From contig NMRA01000084.1 in the NCBI GenBank assembly GCA_002633005.1, positions 17,171 to 81,170 of the forward strand: a stretch of DNA of 64,000 bases, written 5' to 3'. Origin of the DNA: Phoronis australis. Its lineage: Eukaryota > Animalia > Phoronida. How positions within the stretch are numbered: the stretch's first letter is position 1; the number at the start of each line of letters is the position of its first letter. The notes below the pieces were generated by a model. It did no database searches, was not told the DNA's origin, and saw only the letters and a program-made list of their open reading frames with translations. This document shows positions 1-12,147 of the stretch, in pieces. The position numbers and the translations under genes are program-made.

Positions 1-1541
1 ACATTACACTCCATTGATAGGGCTAGGGCTATCCTTGGTACAAATCTGTATACTAAATATACTACCCTGGCTGTGTGAATTTCGGGCTCTATTGAAGAAA
101 AACACACAGTGGTACCTAGCTGTATTTTGATACCGCTAGCTGGCTGGGTACCACTGCAGACTCCCTCGACTCGATCACAACGATTACTATCAAATTGAGT
201 ACGTAATTTTCCCACAGGTAATGGTTTCATCTAATTCTAAGAGTAATAGTTAGACTGTTCAGCTCATACAGGGAGCAATATCGTCATCAAAATGTTCAAG
301 AAACGAATAAATTACCTGGTTAAGGCGAACTTCTCTTCTTCGGAGCAGTACCGGAAACAGCTGATTAGTTGCCGAAAGGTCAAACCGCACAGCATTATGG
401 GCAACATTCGTTTGTTTTGATCACGCAGATTTTAAGAAAATAAAAAATAAAAGAAAAAATATTTACAGGCAGCACATCGACCCCATACTTACGAAAAGTT
501 CTAATTAAGTGTCAGAGAGTATGTTTCAATGGTTTTTATGCAGATTCACGATGTTTTTGAAACGTCTACAAACGGATCATACGACTTTAACTGGATGCTG
601 AGTAAAGCTTTCTGATATATGTCTGTCTCACCCACCCGCTCTTACTTTAGTGAGCTGTCATTGCTAGCTACATGCCGCTCCATAATTACGCAATCTGGTT
701 TTACATTCCACTGTCACTTGTTTTGTGCAACAGCCCCTTTGCGCTAGCGAAACTTTCTCCCAAGCGAAGGAGAAATCGTGCACTGTTCACCTCATAGTAC
801 CCAGCAAATTCTTCGGCACATCAAAAGCTTGATGGCGCCCTCACAAATTGAAGTGAGGAACTCGCTTTTCATGGGCAATGCGTAGTAAATGAGATAATTG
901 CGGTCGCAAACCAACGCGGACGAGTTTCAAAGTCAAAAAGCGAACAAAATGTGAGGCAAACGACATACATAGCTGTTTTTAAAGTTGAAAAGTAAATATA
1001 TGCAGCCTTAGAATTCTTACAATCGATGCATTTTAAGACAAATTAGCGAATTAGTTTTCTTTAGCAGCGCCGCTAAGCCACGCGCTTTAATTTTCGTATC
1101 GGTCAGGACTGGTTAGTCAAAGTCTGGCTAGGTGTTAGGGTAACAAAGCCCCAAATGTTAGCGTAGGAGTTGCCTCATGATTTTAAAAATCAAAGACCTA
1201 ACTGTATTAATTTTTTTTCTCGCTGGAAACCATCCTGAAGACATTTTCCGGAAATTCAAGTATTGAAGCTCTTGTAAATTAGGATTAAATTGTTTACCAC
1301 TGTCCATCAATTCCAACAGTAGATCGCACTTGGGCACATGAGGGACTCGAACTTTTAAGTTCGAGTCCCTCATGTTTAAAAACATTTTGGTGTAATAAAC
1401 TGAAGGACTTTACAAATGCCTATGACCATAAGGAATGTTATGAGACCGATTTTATGAGAGCAAAAGACTCAATTCGATTTTTAGCCCCCTAAACTGGACT
1501 AAATGAAATTCTAACCAACTCTGACGTCATCGTGTTTACAG

Positions 1542-1636
1542 GTATGGCACAAACTTTGCTTCAAATGTGAGGTGTGCGACCTGCAGCTCAACATGAAAAA
1601 TTACAAGGGATACAAAAGACTACCTTACTGCAACAC
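1542..1636 (+). CDS. LASP1: LASP1-like LIM and SH3 domain protein, internal exon (C-terminal part of LIM domain); first exon not found in window
   Basis: tttacag|GTATGG...AACAC|gtaagt, 95 nt. Translates [31 protein letters not shown](T), matching the LASP LIM pattern [30 protein letters not shown]. Not in the ORF track. Confidence 0.93.
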
Positions 1637-2035
1637 GTAAGTAGACATATAGGTTATCTTTGATCCCAGCTGTTTGTAACTGAAGTAAGCCTAGTTATCT
1701 TCGCAAGGAGCTGTTCCACATATTTCTTTTCTGCTGTGGCCATCACAACGACCTCTATTGTGTTTTATTTGAAACAAAATGATTTGCCCAGGCGTGGAAA
1801 CTATGCGAGCAGATTTATTCTCTGGCGGGGCAAATGGCTGTTATTCGAGGGACTCAGTATTTCAGTTGTAAACATACTTTTGAAAAATGCCAGGATGCTT
1901 ACTCACTATAAATCAACAAGAGGTTAATGAGAAATTTTGAAAACATTCTTCTCACAAATCGGTGATTGTGCTTGGTTATTGCGTGAAATAATTAATGATA
2001 AAGTGAAGTTATTGTTCAAACATGATCTTTTCAGG

Positions 2036-2722
2036 TTGACATTACCGAGACCTATTCAAATAAACGAGTTGTAATGTTTCTCAAAAATGGGAAAAATAAT
2101 TACCGCTAACTTTCACCTTTAACCCATTCATACCAAGGTCATACATGTTTGAATTCGCGTACCAAAAATTTGTCATGGTATTTCAAGCGTTTCTTCTTCA
2201 GTTTTGTACTTTTAATCAAGAAATAAATGCAAAGAATAAAAAATGAAATTTGAAATTTGTGTGTGACGTCATCAGTGTATCCGTTCTCTGCCACTGTGTT
2301 GTTCTACACCAGCCGCTAGCCGCAGTGGCCTCAAAAAGTAGTGAGTTCGACTGAGTATGGTGAAAAGTTGCATGTGCGNTTGACATTACCGAGACCTATT
2401 CAAATAAACGAGTTGTAATGTTTCTCAAAAATGGGAAAAATAATTACCGCTAACTTTCACCTTTAACCCATTCATACCAAGGTCATACATGTTTGAATTC
2501 GCGTACCAAAAATTTGTAATGGTATTTCAAGCGTTTCTTCTTCAGTTTTGTACTTTTAATCAAGAAATAAATGCAAAGAATAAAAAATGAAATTTGAAAT
2601 TTGTGTGTGACGTCATCAGTGTATCCGTTCTCTGCCACTGTGTTGTTGTACACCAGCCGCTAGCCGCAGTGGCCTCAAAAAGTAGTGAGTTCGACTGAGT
2701 ATGGTGAAAAGTTGCATGTGCG
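2036..2722. other. 343-bp duplication across a single N (2379); likely contig-overlap artefact
   Basis: 2036-2378 and 2380-2722 are nearly identical. Confidence 0.8.
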
Positions 2723-2890
2723 GAGGATGCCTTAATAGCAGTTGGACAGACAATATTTCAGGTTTTACGTTTTCGAAAAACGTGAACCCTAAGATCGCCC
2801 AGAAATGGCACAGGTTCGTGCGTCGGACACGGGCATGGCAGTACACGGGTCACGCTGTAAGTACTCGGCACATTTTAAAGAATTGTGATG
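2701..2890 (+). pseudogene. Decayed THAP zinc-finger remnant, probably transposon-derived
   Basis: MVKSCMCGGCLNS...FTFSK...KWHRFVRRTR..W followed by frameshifted YSAHF (THAP CSxHF). Element ends not defined. Confidence 0.6.
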
Positions 2891-3693
2891 CTTCGATCCG
2901 TCGCAGAAACGGAGATATGATGAAGGTTTCTCCAACGTGTAAGTGCATTTAAAGGAGAAAAGTTGTATTTTTGTGTTGTGCCATTGCTGGGAACGTAGTT
3001 GTAAGGCACACACTGAATATGATCATCAGAATCAAATTGTGACTGAGATACAAATGTGATTGCAGAAGGCCTAAATTTCCATCAGTCTATTCTTGTTCAA
3101 GATTTTGTGGAAATGCCTGTCATCTGCATATACGTCAATGCCCAATATATAGACAATGAGATCGTAAATGCCACGCAAATAATTTGAGGTTACGACGGCC
3201 GCCGGCACAAAGGCTGGAGACGGACACTGGACCGAAAAAATCAACGAATTACAACGGTACAAAGCTTTCATTATTTTGGAAGAGAAAAGACAGAAAAGAG
3301 TATCATTTAACAGAAACAAAACCCAGTTACCATCACTATAATTAGATGTAATGGTTCCTGACACACGCACTCGACATTCGAAGAAATGAAATCAGTGTCC
3401 GTTATTCGCGACTGGGCTTCTACACTTAAAGGCGATGGCAACCTTTTTCATGTCATTTTGAGCTAAAATAAGGTTGGTTGGTTATCCTACAAATATTTTC
3501 CACTTCATTACAGGTTTTCGTAATTTTGTTAATTACTCGTCCGCTACTCCGGAAGTGACGTTTTAGGAGGCAAGCATTTCGCGCCAATTTCTTTTCATAT
3601 AGTCTGACTGTGAGAGCTGCCGAGTCAGTCATTGTTCTACTTCAGTTGTGTTAAGTTACGTCGTCGTATGCTTTCATTTACTAGTCAGTCAAC

Positions 3694-4362
3694 ATGCCAC
3701 AATGTTGCTGCGTACCGGGATGTACTAATTATCGTCTCACGCGCGCTTTGGGAGTACCTTAGCATTGCTTTCCGATGGATGACACACTTCGCCGTACTTG
3801 GCTCGTTCGTGTGAAGAACGCAGCGTTACTCGTCCACGCAACGTACAAAGTAGTCGAGAATTACCGTGTGTGTGGCAAGCACTTTCAGCCGTCCGATTAC
3901 GAAAGGGGTTTGTACGTTGAACTGATGAAGGTCCTGCGAAACAACGCCTGAAGAAGGATGCCTTTCCGTCTGTGTTGATTCCCGGCAGTGCCCCGTCGCC
4001 ACCCCCGAGAAGTGTGTTTTTGAAGAGAGAAGCCTCGCGAGCTGTGGCCAGTACAGTGACGAGCCAGTGGAAGCACTTCATCCACTGTCACCCGTGCTTC
4101 CGAACGTACCCCAGAGCGTGCCATTCCTGGAACCAGTAGTGATTCGCCCTGCGCTGTTTTCTCCAGCCCAGACAGTGAACAGATCGGTGAGCCAAACTTT
4201 GATAAGTTTATTGTGGACTTGTCTAAAGTGTTGGAGCTATTTAGAAGGTGCCAGGTGTGTGGCGAGAGAGTCACACGACACGATGTAAGCAGTTTAGGTG
4301 CTCAGGTCACCATCCAGTGGGAGTGTGTCGCGGGACACTCTGGCAAGTGGGACAGTTGTTCC
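3694..4362 (+). pseudogene. Kolobok transposase N-terminus (THAP domain plus Cys/His region), disrupted and truncated
   Basis: MPQCCCVPGCTN...*HCFP...W...RVCGKHF, then frameshifted RLKKDAFPSV. Later KFIVDLSKVLELFRRCQVCG...QWECVAGHSGKWDS. Confidence 0.8.
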
Positions 4363-4651
4363 TCTGTATGCCGGAGGTCCACTTAACCGTGTCCAGTAGT
4401 GGCTTGGTCTCGTCGAACTCTGAACAGCACAAGCATTCCATTGAGGTGGGCATAACAACGCACACAGTGCATTTGCGCCAAGATGTGTCACCACGTCTGT
4501 CCTCAGTAGCCGCCTTGTTTCTCTCAACAGCTGACTGTGCCTGTGCGTACTCTGCCTCGTTATACTCGGGCTCAAACATGTACCCACCCACTGAATGTCC
4601 GTGAAAAAATTCCTCGTCACCACTGCTGTGAACAAGGTCTCCGTCACTCAC
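4363..4651 (-). pseudogene. KolX-like (P2X7 C-terminal ballast-like) accessory protein, truncated
   Basis: ORF 4307..4651(-): GYMFEPEY...SWRKCTVCVVMPTSMECLCCSE matches the Y.FEP...WCxCxxCxxMPTxxECxCCxE motif. Confidence 0.78.
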
Positions 4652-7263
4652 ACTACTGTCACTGTGATACGGGTCACCGACTCCAGCCCATGATTTTCAG
4701 CTTACAACACACTAAACAATCCCTAAATCCAACGTAGTTGAGTTCTCTACTAACCTATCTTGCCGCAGAATACTCGCCGATGGAAAGTGGTGGCGACAAT
4801 TGTTGAAAAACAGCATAAAACAAAAGTAGAATAGAACAGATTTGCACGGTAAACTCAACGCAAAACCAAGTGGCGGGAAACGCTTGCCTCCTAAAACGTC
4901 ACTTCCGGAGTAGAGGACGAGTACTTAATAAAATTACGAAAAGCTGTAATTAAGTGGAAAATATGTCTAGGATATCCAACCAACCTTATTTTGACTCAAA
5001 ATGACATGAAAAAAGGTTGCCTTCGCCTTTAAGGTAAATACTGCGGTTATATTTAGAGTTCGAAACTACTCGACACTAAAGTGGTTAGAAAATTAAATCG
5101 TGATTCAACAAAATACTTTAAATTACCACTATGAAATCAAGACTGTCCGTAGACTGAGTAGGCCGGCTCCGACTCCATTTCACTCGAAGGAGACGCCGGT
5201 GCGGGAGGGTCGAGTTCTCACGGCCTCAAACACGCTAAGTCTGCCGATACGGAGAGGACTAACTCATCACCTGTTTCACCTTAAGCCCGAGTGTCGTCTT
5301 CACCCCCCATCTCCATACCTGTCTTCATAATACTCATTAATCTCGCTCTCTAAGTCTTCTCACCTTACAAAATCACTACTATTCGCCATGTGATATGTAC
5401 TGTCAATGTTTCAACATCTTCCACTGATGACATCACGAGGCAGGAAACCAAAACATCATCAACGTTTTGTTAAAATACAAAATTCGTTCATGATTTCCCA
5501 AACTAAGTGTTTTTTTTTTAGTTAGATTTCGTATTATAAATGTATAACGCACGGTCTAAAACCTCAAAAAGCAAAAACCCATTGTACGAACGCTTTAAAA
5601 TGGTATAGAACGTAAAAACCTGACTAAATTGCAATATTTCAAGTGGATCTCTGGCACTGACACAGAAGTCAAACTGTTCATCAGGTATTTTTACGGTTTT
5701 TGCAAAGATTTTGAATTTCTAAGGTCAAAGGCATTTTTCTTTTAGTTTCAAATTTCAAAAAAAAAACGATCAGTCAACTTTTCTCCTAAACGAAAAAGCA
5801 CGTAGCGCATTTGCTTGATATGGAAAATACGACCTCTGACCCTTGATGTAAACAAAACAATCAGTCGATTTCAAGCCGCAACCAGTCCGACTTCTTCTGG
5901 CTATTTTATTCTGGAAATTCTTGCAGTATTCAAAGTGAACAAGTCTCGCGTTGGCATCTTCAAGAATTAGATTAGCCACGAACTGTTAAAAAGATATTTT
6001 TACTTGACCTTTTGCGTGCCATGCCTCTTTAAGGTGATCAACTTACAAAATGAATAGCTTTTGTCACGGTAAAAATGACTTTTCTAAAAACCCGTTAATC
6101 GTAATCGCGCCATTTTATCAAACGTTGCAATGAAATCGATGAACTTGTACACTGTAGCCACACGACTGAGACAGGAAGTGGCATTTAGATTTTTATCTTT
6201 CCTCGGACAATAAATAAGTACATAGCCATTTCCTCAGGGCCCCAAGCTCGATTTGAGTGAGACTGAGGTGTCCTTTTACAGCAGACTGCACTCAATTCTT
6301 AATTGTTGTCTGTTCACTTCGTGTTTTCGTACACGACTTAATACATTAGTCCCGTATAGACCTAGACACGTAACCCGTATTTACAGACACGCTCCACAAA
6401 GACGTTAAACCGTGGAACACAAGTTTGCCCAAATATTGCAAATTAAAATCTTACTTGTGGTAGTCCCAAGGCCTGAATGAAGCAAAATACAGTATCAGTT
6501 CCTAACCAAAACAGACGTCGAAGTCGCCATTTTGGAGATGATCTTTTTATAGACAAATTTCTTTAATTTTGGGTTGCTAATTCTAGTGCAAAAAACGTGA
6601 ACAGAACAGAGGAAGATCATTTTATAATTCAGGTATGTTTTTGAACTATTGTGAAGATCCCACATTACACAGTTTTTTCTAATTTTTTTGACAACCACCG
6701 CTTGCAAAAATTGCAAGCAAAACCAAAACATTTGATGTGACTGGTATGGGACCAAGCGAACTGTAAAACAGGTGTTCCACACATGTAGAGCTTTAAAGTC
6801 ACCGGTAACGGACTATTGTCTGAGCAGTTGCCGTTGAAACTGCTATCGAATGGCATGGAATTGATTGACAATTAGTAGCCGACTGGAGCAGGTTTCGGGG
6901 TGTCCCTAGGCAAGTATTCATGTGGCGGTTACGGATTTCCGATAAAATTCGATTCTGGGTCGCAGGTTGCCGGTTTGCTATCTTGGTAGTTCTTGGCATC
7001 ATCTGTACACAACCCATGTAAGGGAAAACATTTAATTGTTAGTAAACTCTCGCTTATTTAATGAAAGTCTTTAATAATGTGGACGTAGCTTGCAGATCGA
7101 TTTTCTTCTATTTTGTGAACTGATACAAGCTTCCACCAAATATGTGCGCATAAATAGCGCCTCCTGTTTATAAGTAAATCTAACTACGATAACACCCAAG
7201 ACTTCTCGGTTGTATCTACCAATCACATCCACATCAAAATGGCCTCTTCTTTGTGTTTTTCAG

Positions 7264-7348
7264 TCACTACCCTACGACGAATTTCGTTGCGGTTGCCGAT
7301 ACTCCAGAAAACAGGCGAATTTCAAAGCAGGAGGCAAGCCAGAGCAAT
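7264..7348 (+). CDS. LASP1: LASP1-like exon: end of LIM domain and first nebulin repeat
   Basis: ttttcag|TCACTAC...AGCAAT|gtgagt, 85 nt. The phase-2 junction completes a Thr codon with the previous exon. HYPTTNFVAVADTPENRRISKQEASQSN resembles LASP HYPK..F..VADTPEN.R. Confidence 0.93.
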
Positions 7349-8571
7349 GTGAGTTGACAATTTATATTTGGACTTTCTTTAAAGTTACGTACACCCCTAA
7401 TTGTTGTTTATTCTTTTTGGAATATCTAAGCAACTACATGTAGCGACCATCAATTTATAAAAGTGAAGAATTGATACAAAACTAATTATGCTATTCACAA
7501 CACTGTACCATTCTCGTAGTCAGGTGAGCATGCGTTTTTGGCAAAAATGTTGTTTTTTGAAATGGACATTGATAGGGAAAAGGTCGTTTCACCAACATTC
7601 ACTAAATGTTCGTTATTAAAACTTCTATTAAAACGATGAAAAATAGTTTGTGGAAATTTCCTATGAGTGCCGATGTTTTTAATGGCATTGTTATGAAAAA
7701 GGGGTACACGTAGCCTTAGGTGCGTAGCGTGATATGCAAGATTTGTTATTAGTTCATGACTACCGCTACTTTCTGTCCTCTGGTTGGTTAAAACGCAGAG
7801 CAACTTTCATGATGTTGACCAGTTGGCCGTGGAATATCACTTTTCTATCATGTCGCCCGCCGTCAGATTTTGCTAGTCGTGATATGACCAATTACAGGTC
7901 GCTAAAACAATAAATAAAGCGAGCTGACGACGACACTACATCAAGGTAAAACGTGCCAATTAATAAGATAATAAGAAACGAAGAAACCAAATGGACGATT
8001 TAGCATAATAATAAAACAAGATGTCTAAATTCTCTGACATATCAGATTCAAAAAGACATCGGCATTACAATGTTGCTCTCCCTTCGTCACTATATGGTCT
8101 GATATTGCCTTAGGGATCGTTCCATACTTGCCTGATACTGTTAGAAAATTTCGTTCTGGTATATCCATCTGATTTTGTCTGTTAACGGTGTTCATCAACT
8201 GAAATCGACAATAATCCGTGGCTTCTGCTAAACAAATATGTTATATTGCTAACTGTTTTATTTTGGTGTCACTGTAGATTATAGACAACAGATTCGGAAC
8301 TCCGACATTGTCTTCCGTGCTATCCTAGAGGAGGCGCCACTTTCCTAAATTATCTGGTGCAGTTTCCGGTTAGTGTATTGTGACGGGAAATTTTTGTAAT
8401 GTCCAGTACAACGAAAAGAATAATAAATTGGGCATTGAAACGCTGTTCAGAGTCTTCCAATAATAGAAGTGTTGTTATCGTTAGTACTTTTAGCAATGCT
8501 ACTACCACTCACGGCAGCCGGCCACAATTAGCAGATGACGTTCTTTCCGGAAATAACACCAGATAATTTGA

Positions 8572-8720
8572 CCAGCCACCCGTTCAGTAACGCTAGGACC
8601 TCGCTAAAAAGCAAGACTTCGCGAGATTACGTGAGATATTGCCGTGTATTTTAAATAAGAACGCGTGACCTTTAGCTAGGTCCTCTCGTAGGTCCTAGCG
8701 TCTACTTAACGCCCGCCAGG
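8572..8720. mobile_element. MITE-like repeat (gttcagtaacgctaggacct family); related copies at ~31946-32105 and ~57300-57400
   Basis: The same cagtaacgctaggacctcgcta...gcaagacttcgcgaga sequence with inverted ends occurs at three loci. Confidence 0.6.
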
Positions 8721-8979
8721 TGTCGCTCGTGCATAATAACGGAACGGCTTGTGCGAAAGACCACAGATTTCGTCTATTCAAAGTATACGGAGTTGGCGGT
8801 CCATGTACTTTAGTCTGTGGTCTCACGTTGTTCCTCACTCAGATATGATCTATTATTTAGGCTTGAGAAGAACTGTTGAATGCTTCGTATGTCGTTGTAT
8901 ATCAAGTGTTACAGCTAGCATTAGATCGAATTCATTGCGCATTGAATCTATGAGAGTTGACGACTGTTCGATCATGCAG

Positions 8980-9148
8980 GTTGTTTACCACAACGAGGCA
9001 TCCGAGACAACGTACTCAGCAGTCGGGGATAGTGACAAGGAAAGAAGGGAAATGGTTCAGAAGTCAATGCCTGATATAAGAAACACTCCAGCTACAACCC
9101 GCCAGGCAGACAAACTGGAAAAATCGAGGAAACCACCAAAGGTCCGAG
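8980..9148 (+). CDS. LASP1: LASP1-like exon: degenerate second nebulin repeat and linker
   Basis: tgcag|GTTGTTTAC...GTCCGAG|gtaagg, 169 nt, phase 0 to 1. Encodes VVYHNEASETTYSAVGDSDKERREMVQKSMPDI... and is frame-compatible with the neighbouring exons. The acceptor polypyrimidine tract is weak. Confidence 0.75.
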
Positions 9149-9256
9149 GTAAGGTATTTAGTTGAGGGTAACTGCGACAACGTATTATATAGTATTTTAG
9201 ACCACAAAAGAAAAGCGTCAACTGAATAGCTTTCGTTAGTTTGGGTCAATGTATAG

Positions 9257-9304
9257 CATGCGCGCACCCAGCCCCCCGAGCCCCCCCCCTTGGGTGCTCG
9301 CGTG
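9257..9304. mobile_element. 48-bp minimal MITE, CATGCGCGCACCCAG family, 5-bp TSD TATAG
   Basis: tatag|catgcgcgcaccca...tgggtgctcgcgtg|tatag. Confidence 0.75.
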
Positions 9305-9559
9305 TATAGGGACTGCAGGAAGCAATGTGAAGAGCGGACCACAGAGCATCGCCGTGTAAGTTGTTTCACAATCTCTAAAGCGGGACTCATGGAGGTTCCC
9401 CCTTGATACTCAGGTAGCATTACATCATACCGTGTAGTAAAGTGGTAAAAATAGGCGTTAAATATTCTTAAGAGGCACGTGGGTAGTCAACGATATGGAA
9501 AAAAGGAAAACCAAAGAGAGTCGGCGTGTATTGGTGGTTTGGCCACAAGTTGTGGTCAA

Positions 9560-9800
9560 GCGTCTAGCTTGGTAATCAGTAGTTGCAGTCCCTATCACTG
9601 CTTAGTGCTCTGTTTTCAGCTGCCAACACTAACCGACCTTGGCAGATGTCTTAAATATGACACTTGTGTCATCAGTATGGGCTGCAGTCCTGAGTCCGTG
9701 TGTGTCCATCACATATCAGAGGGTGCTGAGAGCTCAGGTATAGGCAATGAGCATTTTGTTGCCCAATACCTGATCATGATGTTATTTATCAGGTGTCCCA
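9560..9800 (-). pseudogene. Decayed Academ-type transposase C-terminal fragment in a LASP intron
   Basis: The minus strand reads SLPIPELSAPSDM*WTHTDSGLQPILMTQ, resembling the LPSP..xGW......L.P.LMT motif. Heavily degraded. Confidence 0.4.
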
Positions 9801-10281
9801 GCAATTGACCAAACCAATTCGTTCAAATAATTTTTTCACAATGTTTCTTCAGAGTGTCATCAACAAGTATGGTCTCAAGTTTATTGTATATATTGTCAGA
9901 TCTGAACCCAAATCAGTCCAATATTCGCGTTTGTAAGGACGGGACTCTATGAAGGAGAAAATTTATCGGGGAAGGAGAAGCAAATTGACTGTGCAGGAGT
10001 TAAGAGCCAGGATGAGTATGCCGTGGGAGGAAGTCTCGATGGAAGAGATACGGAAAAGCAGTTCGGATTGGGAGAAACGGCTTTGTTTCGTCGACGATTT
10101 AGATAAACGCCACATTGACCTGATGTTTTTAACTTGACATTAGTTTTTAATGTGGTATCCTGTAAACTCAATTACAATCACTGCCTAAGTGGAGTTGACT
10201 ATGATTCAATTATGTTGGCCACTTTTTGTGGCATGAACATCGGAAACGTATCTTTTCACACACTTGACACCCTTGTTACAG

Positions 10282-10325
10282 TTCCTCCAACTGATGAACG
10301 TGACATCGCGAGACAAGGTTCCAAG
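10282..10325 (+). CDS. LASP1: LASP1-like short linker exon
   Basis: ttgttacag|TTCCTCC...TCCAAG|gtaagt, 44 nt, phase 1 to 0. Encodes (V)PPTDERDIARQGSK and exactly restores frame between the 8980 exon and the SH3 exon. Confidence 0.75.
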
Positions 10326-10760
10326 GTAAGTATCCATTATCCACACGAACATGTCGGTTTTTAAAATATGGCTGATCTTGAATTATTCGTAGCAATGTCC
10401 AGTATGGTGTATTTTTGTTCTATGACCCATTCGGTTTATGTATATACCGTGAAGTGACTGCCTACACAAAACTTGTTAAGTACCGCAATGCATCAGTTGT
10501 TTTTGCCCAGTAGAATCATGAGATCACCGCGTTTCAGGTTTTTCGCCATGTTATTAATATCTTTATTTACAAAGAATTGATGATTGTGTATATGATTTAA
10601 AACAACTTCAATCGTATGTCCACAACACTGAATTAAATTGACATACTACCTCTGTATAAAACATTCCCATTACTGGATCAAACACACCGCCAGACCATAT
10701 GTTCATATCATCTGACCGCAAAGTCCATAGCGCTGTGTCATGCATTCGTATCACCGGACC

Positions 10761-10911
10761 TAGTGGCAGATTTAAGGGGGGGGGGCGCTAAGGGGGCCGT
10801 GCCCCTCTAAAATTCTCCCAGATTCCATTTGGCAGTACGGAGGTAGGAATGTCTGACGGGCATAATACTTTGCCCTGCACCCCATAACTCAAAATTCTGG
10901 ATCAGCTCCTG
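10761..10911. mobile_element. MITE, CAGTGGCGGAT family, 5-bp TSD GGACC
   Basis: ggacc|tagtggcagattt...ggatcagctcctg|ggacc; internal sequence matches the 53174-53321 copy. Confidence 0.75.
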
Positions 10912-11095
10912 GGACCACGTACACTGTAAATCTGGTCACTGCGTCACACGTTCAGATCATTTTTATCGTCCTTGTTTAGAGTGTTTATGACAAAAAGGGG
11001 GCTGGTGGCTTAATGAACAGAATAAATCATTACTGGATCACACTGTTTAGAATATTCGACGACAGGTTTTGTTCATGTAGCTGAACCACACGTTC

Positions 11096-11187
11096 GTGTC
11101 ACTGAAGGACATATGCGAGTGGTACCGAACCTCACCGAGATGTGTCACTGAATGACATATGCGAGTGGTACCGAACCTCACCGAGAT
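11096..11187. repeat. 46-bp tandem duplication (2 copies, 1 mismatch)
   Basis: gtgtcactgaa(g/t)gacatatgcgagtggtaccgaacctcaccgagat occurs twice in tandem. Confidence 0.9.
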
Positions 11188-11331
11188 GTTCATTTCACTG
11201 GATCACACGTTTATATCACTGACACCTTTGCAGATGCGATTGCAGTAAGTTTTGCACGACAAGACTGAACTTCCGGTGTCAATCCGTGTCATATAATGTG
11301 ATAATGAAAACAGGAATTCCGTCTCTTTCAG

Positions 11332-11505
11332 GTTGTCTACCGCGCGCTGTATGACTATACAGCCGCTGATGACGACGAGGTATCTTTCATGGAAGGTGAC
11401 CGTATCGTTGATTGTACCATTATTGACGAAGGTTGGTCGGAAGGAAAAGTTGAAAAAAGCGGACAGTACGGGATGATGCCTTCAAACTACCTAGAAAAGA
11501 TCTAA
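11332..11505 (+). CDS. LASP1: LASP1-like terminal exon, SH3 domain and stop
   Basis: ctctttcag|GTTGTC...[63 protein letters not shown] is a nebulin/LASP-type SH3. Candidate AATAAA at 11692. Confidence 0.95.
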   Translation, partial: VVYRALYDYTAADDDEVSFMEGDRIVDCTIIDEGWSEGKVEKSGQYGMMPSNYLEKI

Positions 11506-11893
11506 AAAAGAAATGTTTCATGTCGAGTAGAAAACTCCGTTGACTAGAGTTTAGTATATGGGAATTGCTCGCAAATGATTGTAGGTACAATTAAGGGTTT
11601 ATCTGGTGAAGGCAGTATTGGCATATGGACACGAAACTATGGTTATTGTTAACTCCTAAGGCGTTATCGTAAGAAAAGAATAGACAGTCGTAATAAAATT
11701 AAACAGATGTATAACACAGATCTCACTCAAATCAACAAGTCTGTCTTTGATCTGATTGCATTGATTTTGATTGGTTGAAAAGTCAGTGACGTTTAAAGTA
11801 ATTTTCGCTTCTTAGTTTTTCAAGACAAGGAAGATCTTTGGAGGGTTCTGGTTATACCGTTGTGCCTTCCAGTGGAAATTTATGGCATAATAA

Positions 11894-12147
11894 CATGCGC
11901 ACAACCAGCCTTTAGTTTGGGGGCTCGGATTTCTGACCAAGTGGACCTTTTGCTATCAAAAACGCTGGATGACTAAAAAGGGGTTACCGTCTTCAGTACT
12001 ATGGACTGTGCGTCTGTGCCTTTTCAGTGAACTTTCGTCTTGTTTCCCTTGGACTTATTGTTTCACAGGGGCGGACCTTATTGCCCACTTCGCCAAAATG
12101 GGGGGCTCATTGGAGCCCCCCCCCGAGTCCACCTGGGTGCGCGCATT
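11894..12147. mobile_element. MITE, CATGCGCGCACCCAG family, 5-bp TSD AATAA
   Basis: aataa|catgcgcacaaccag...ctgggtgcgcgcatt|aataa; body shared with copies at ~47890, 51330, 61384 and 62061. Confidence 0.8.

Larger units (their letters stand above)
3430..5028 (+). mobile_element. Internally deleted Kolobok-type DNA transposon
   Basis: TTAA on both sides (3426-3429, 5029-5032), AG...CT termini, ~160-bp imperfect TIRs (aggcgatggcaacc... / ...ggttgccttcgcct). Contains convergent THAP-transposase and KolX remnants. Confidence 0.88.

Noticed and set aside
1-1541. LASP first coding exon
   Set aside because: I found no M..C..C.K.VYP.E...CLDK-type sequence with a donor; it is presumably upstream of the window.
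2036-2722. Tandem duplication as a real biological repeat (also 35503-36247 and 60884-62235)
   Set aside because: Each pair is separated by exactly one N and differs by only a few SNPs, typical of unmerged haplotype or contig overlaps.
8749-9165. 138-aa stand-alone ORF
   Set aside because: Only 8980-9148 is bounded by splice sites and fits the LASP frame; the remainder is open intron sequence.
11096-11187. CRISPR-like repeat
   Set aside because: Two adjacent copies with no spacer, in a eukaryotic intron, and no cas genes.
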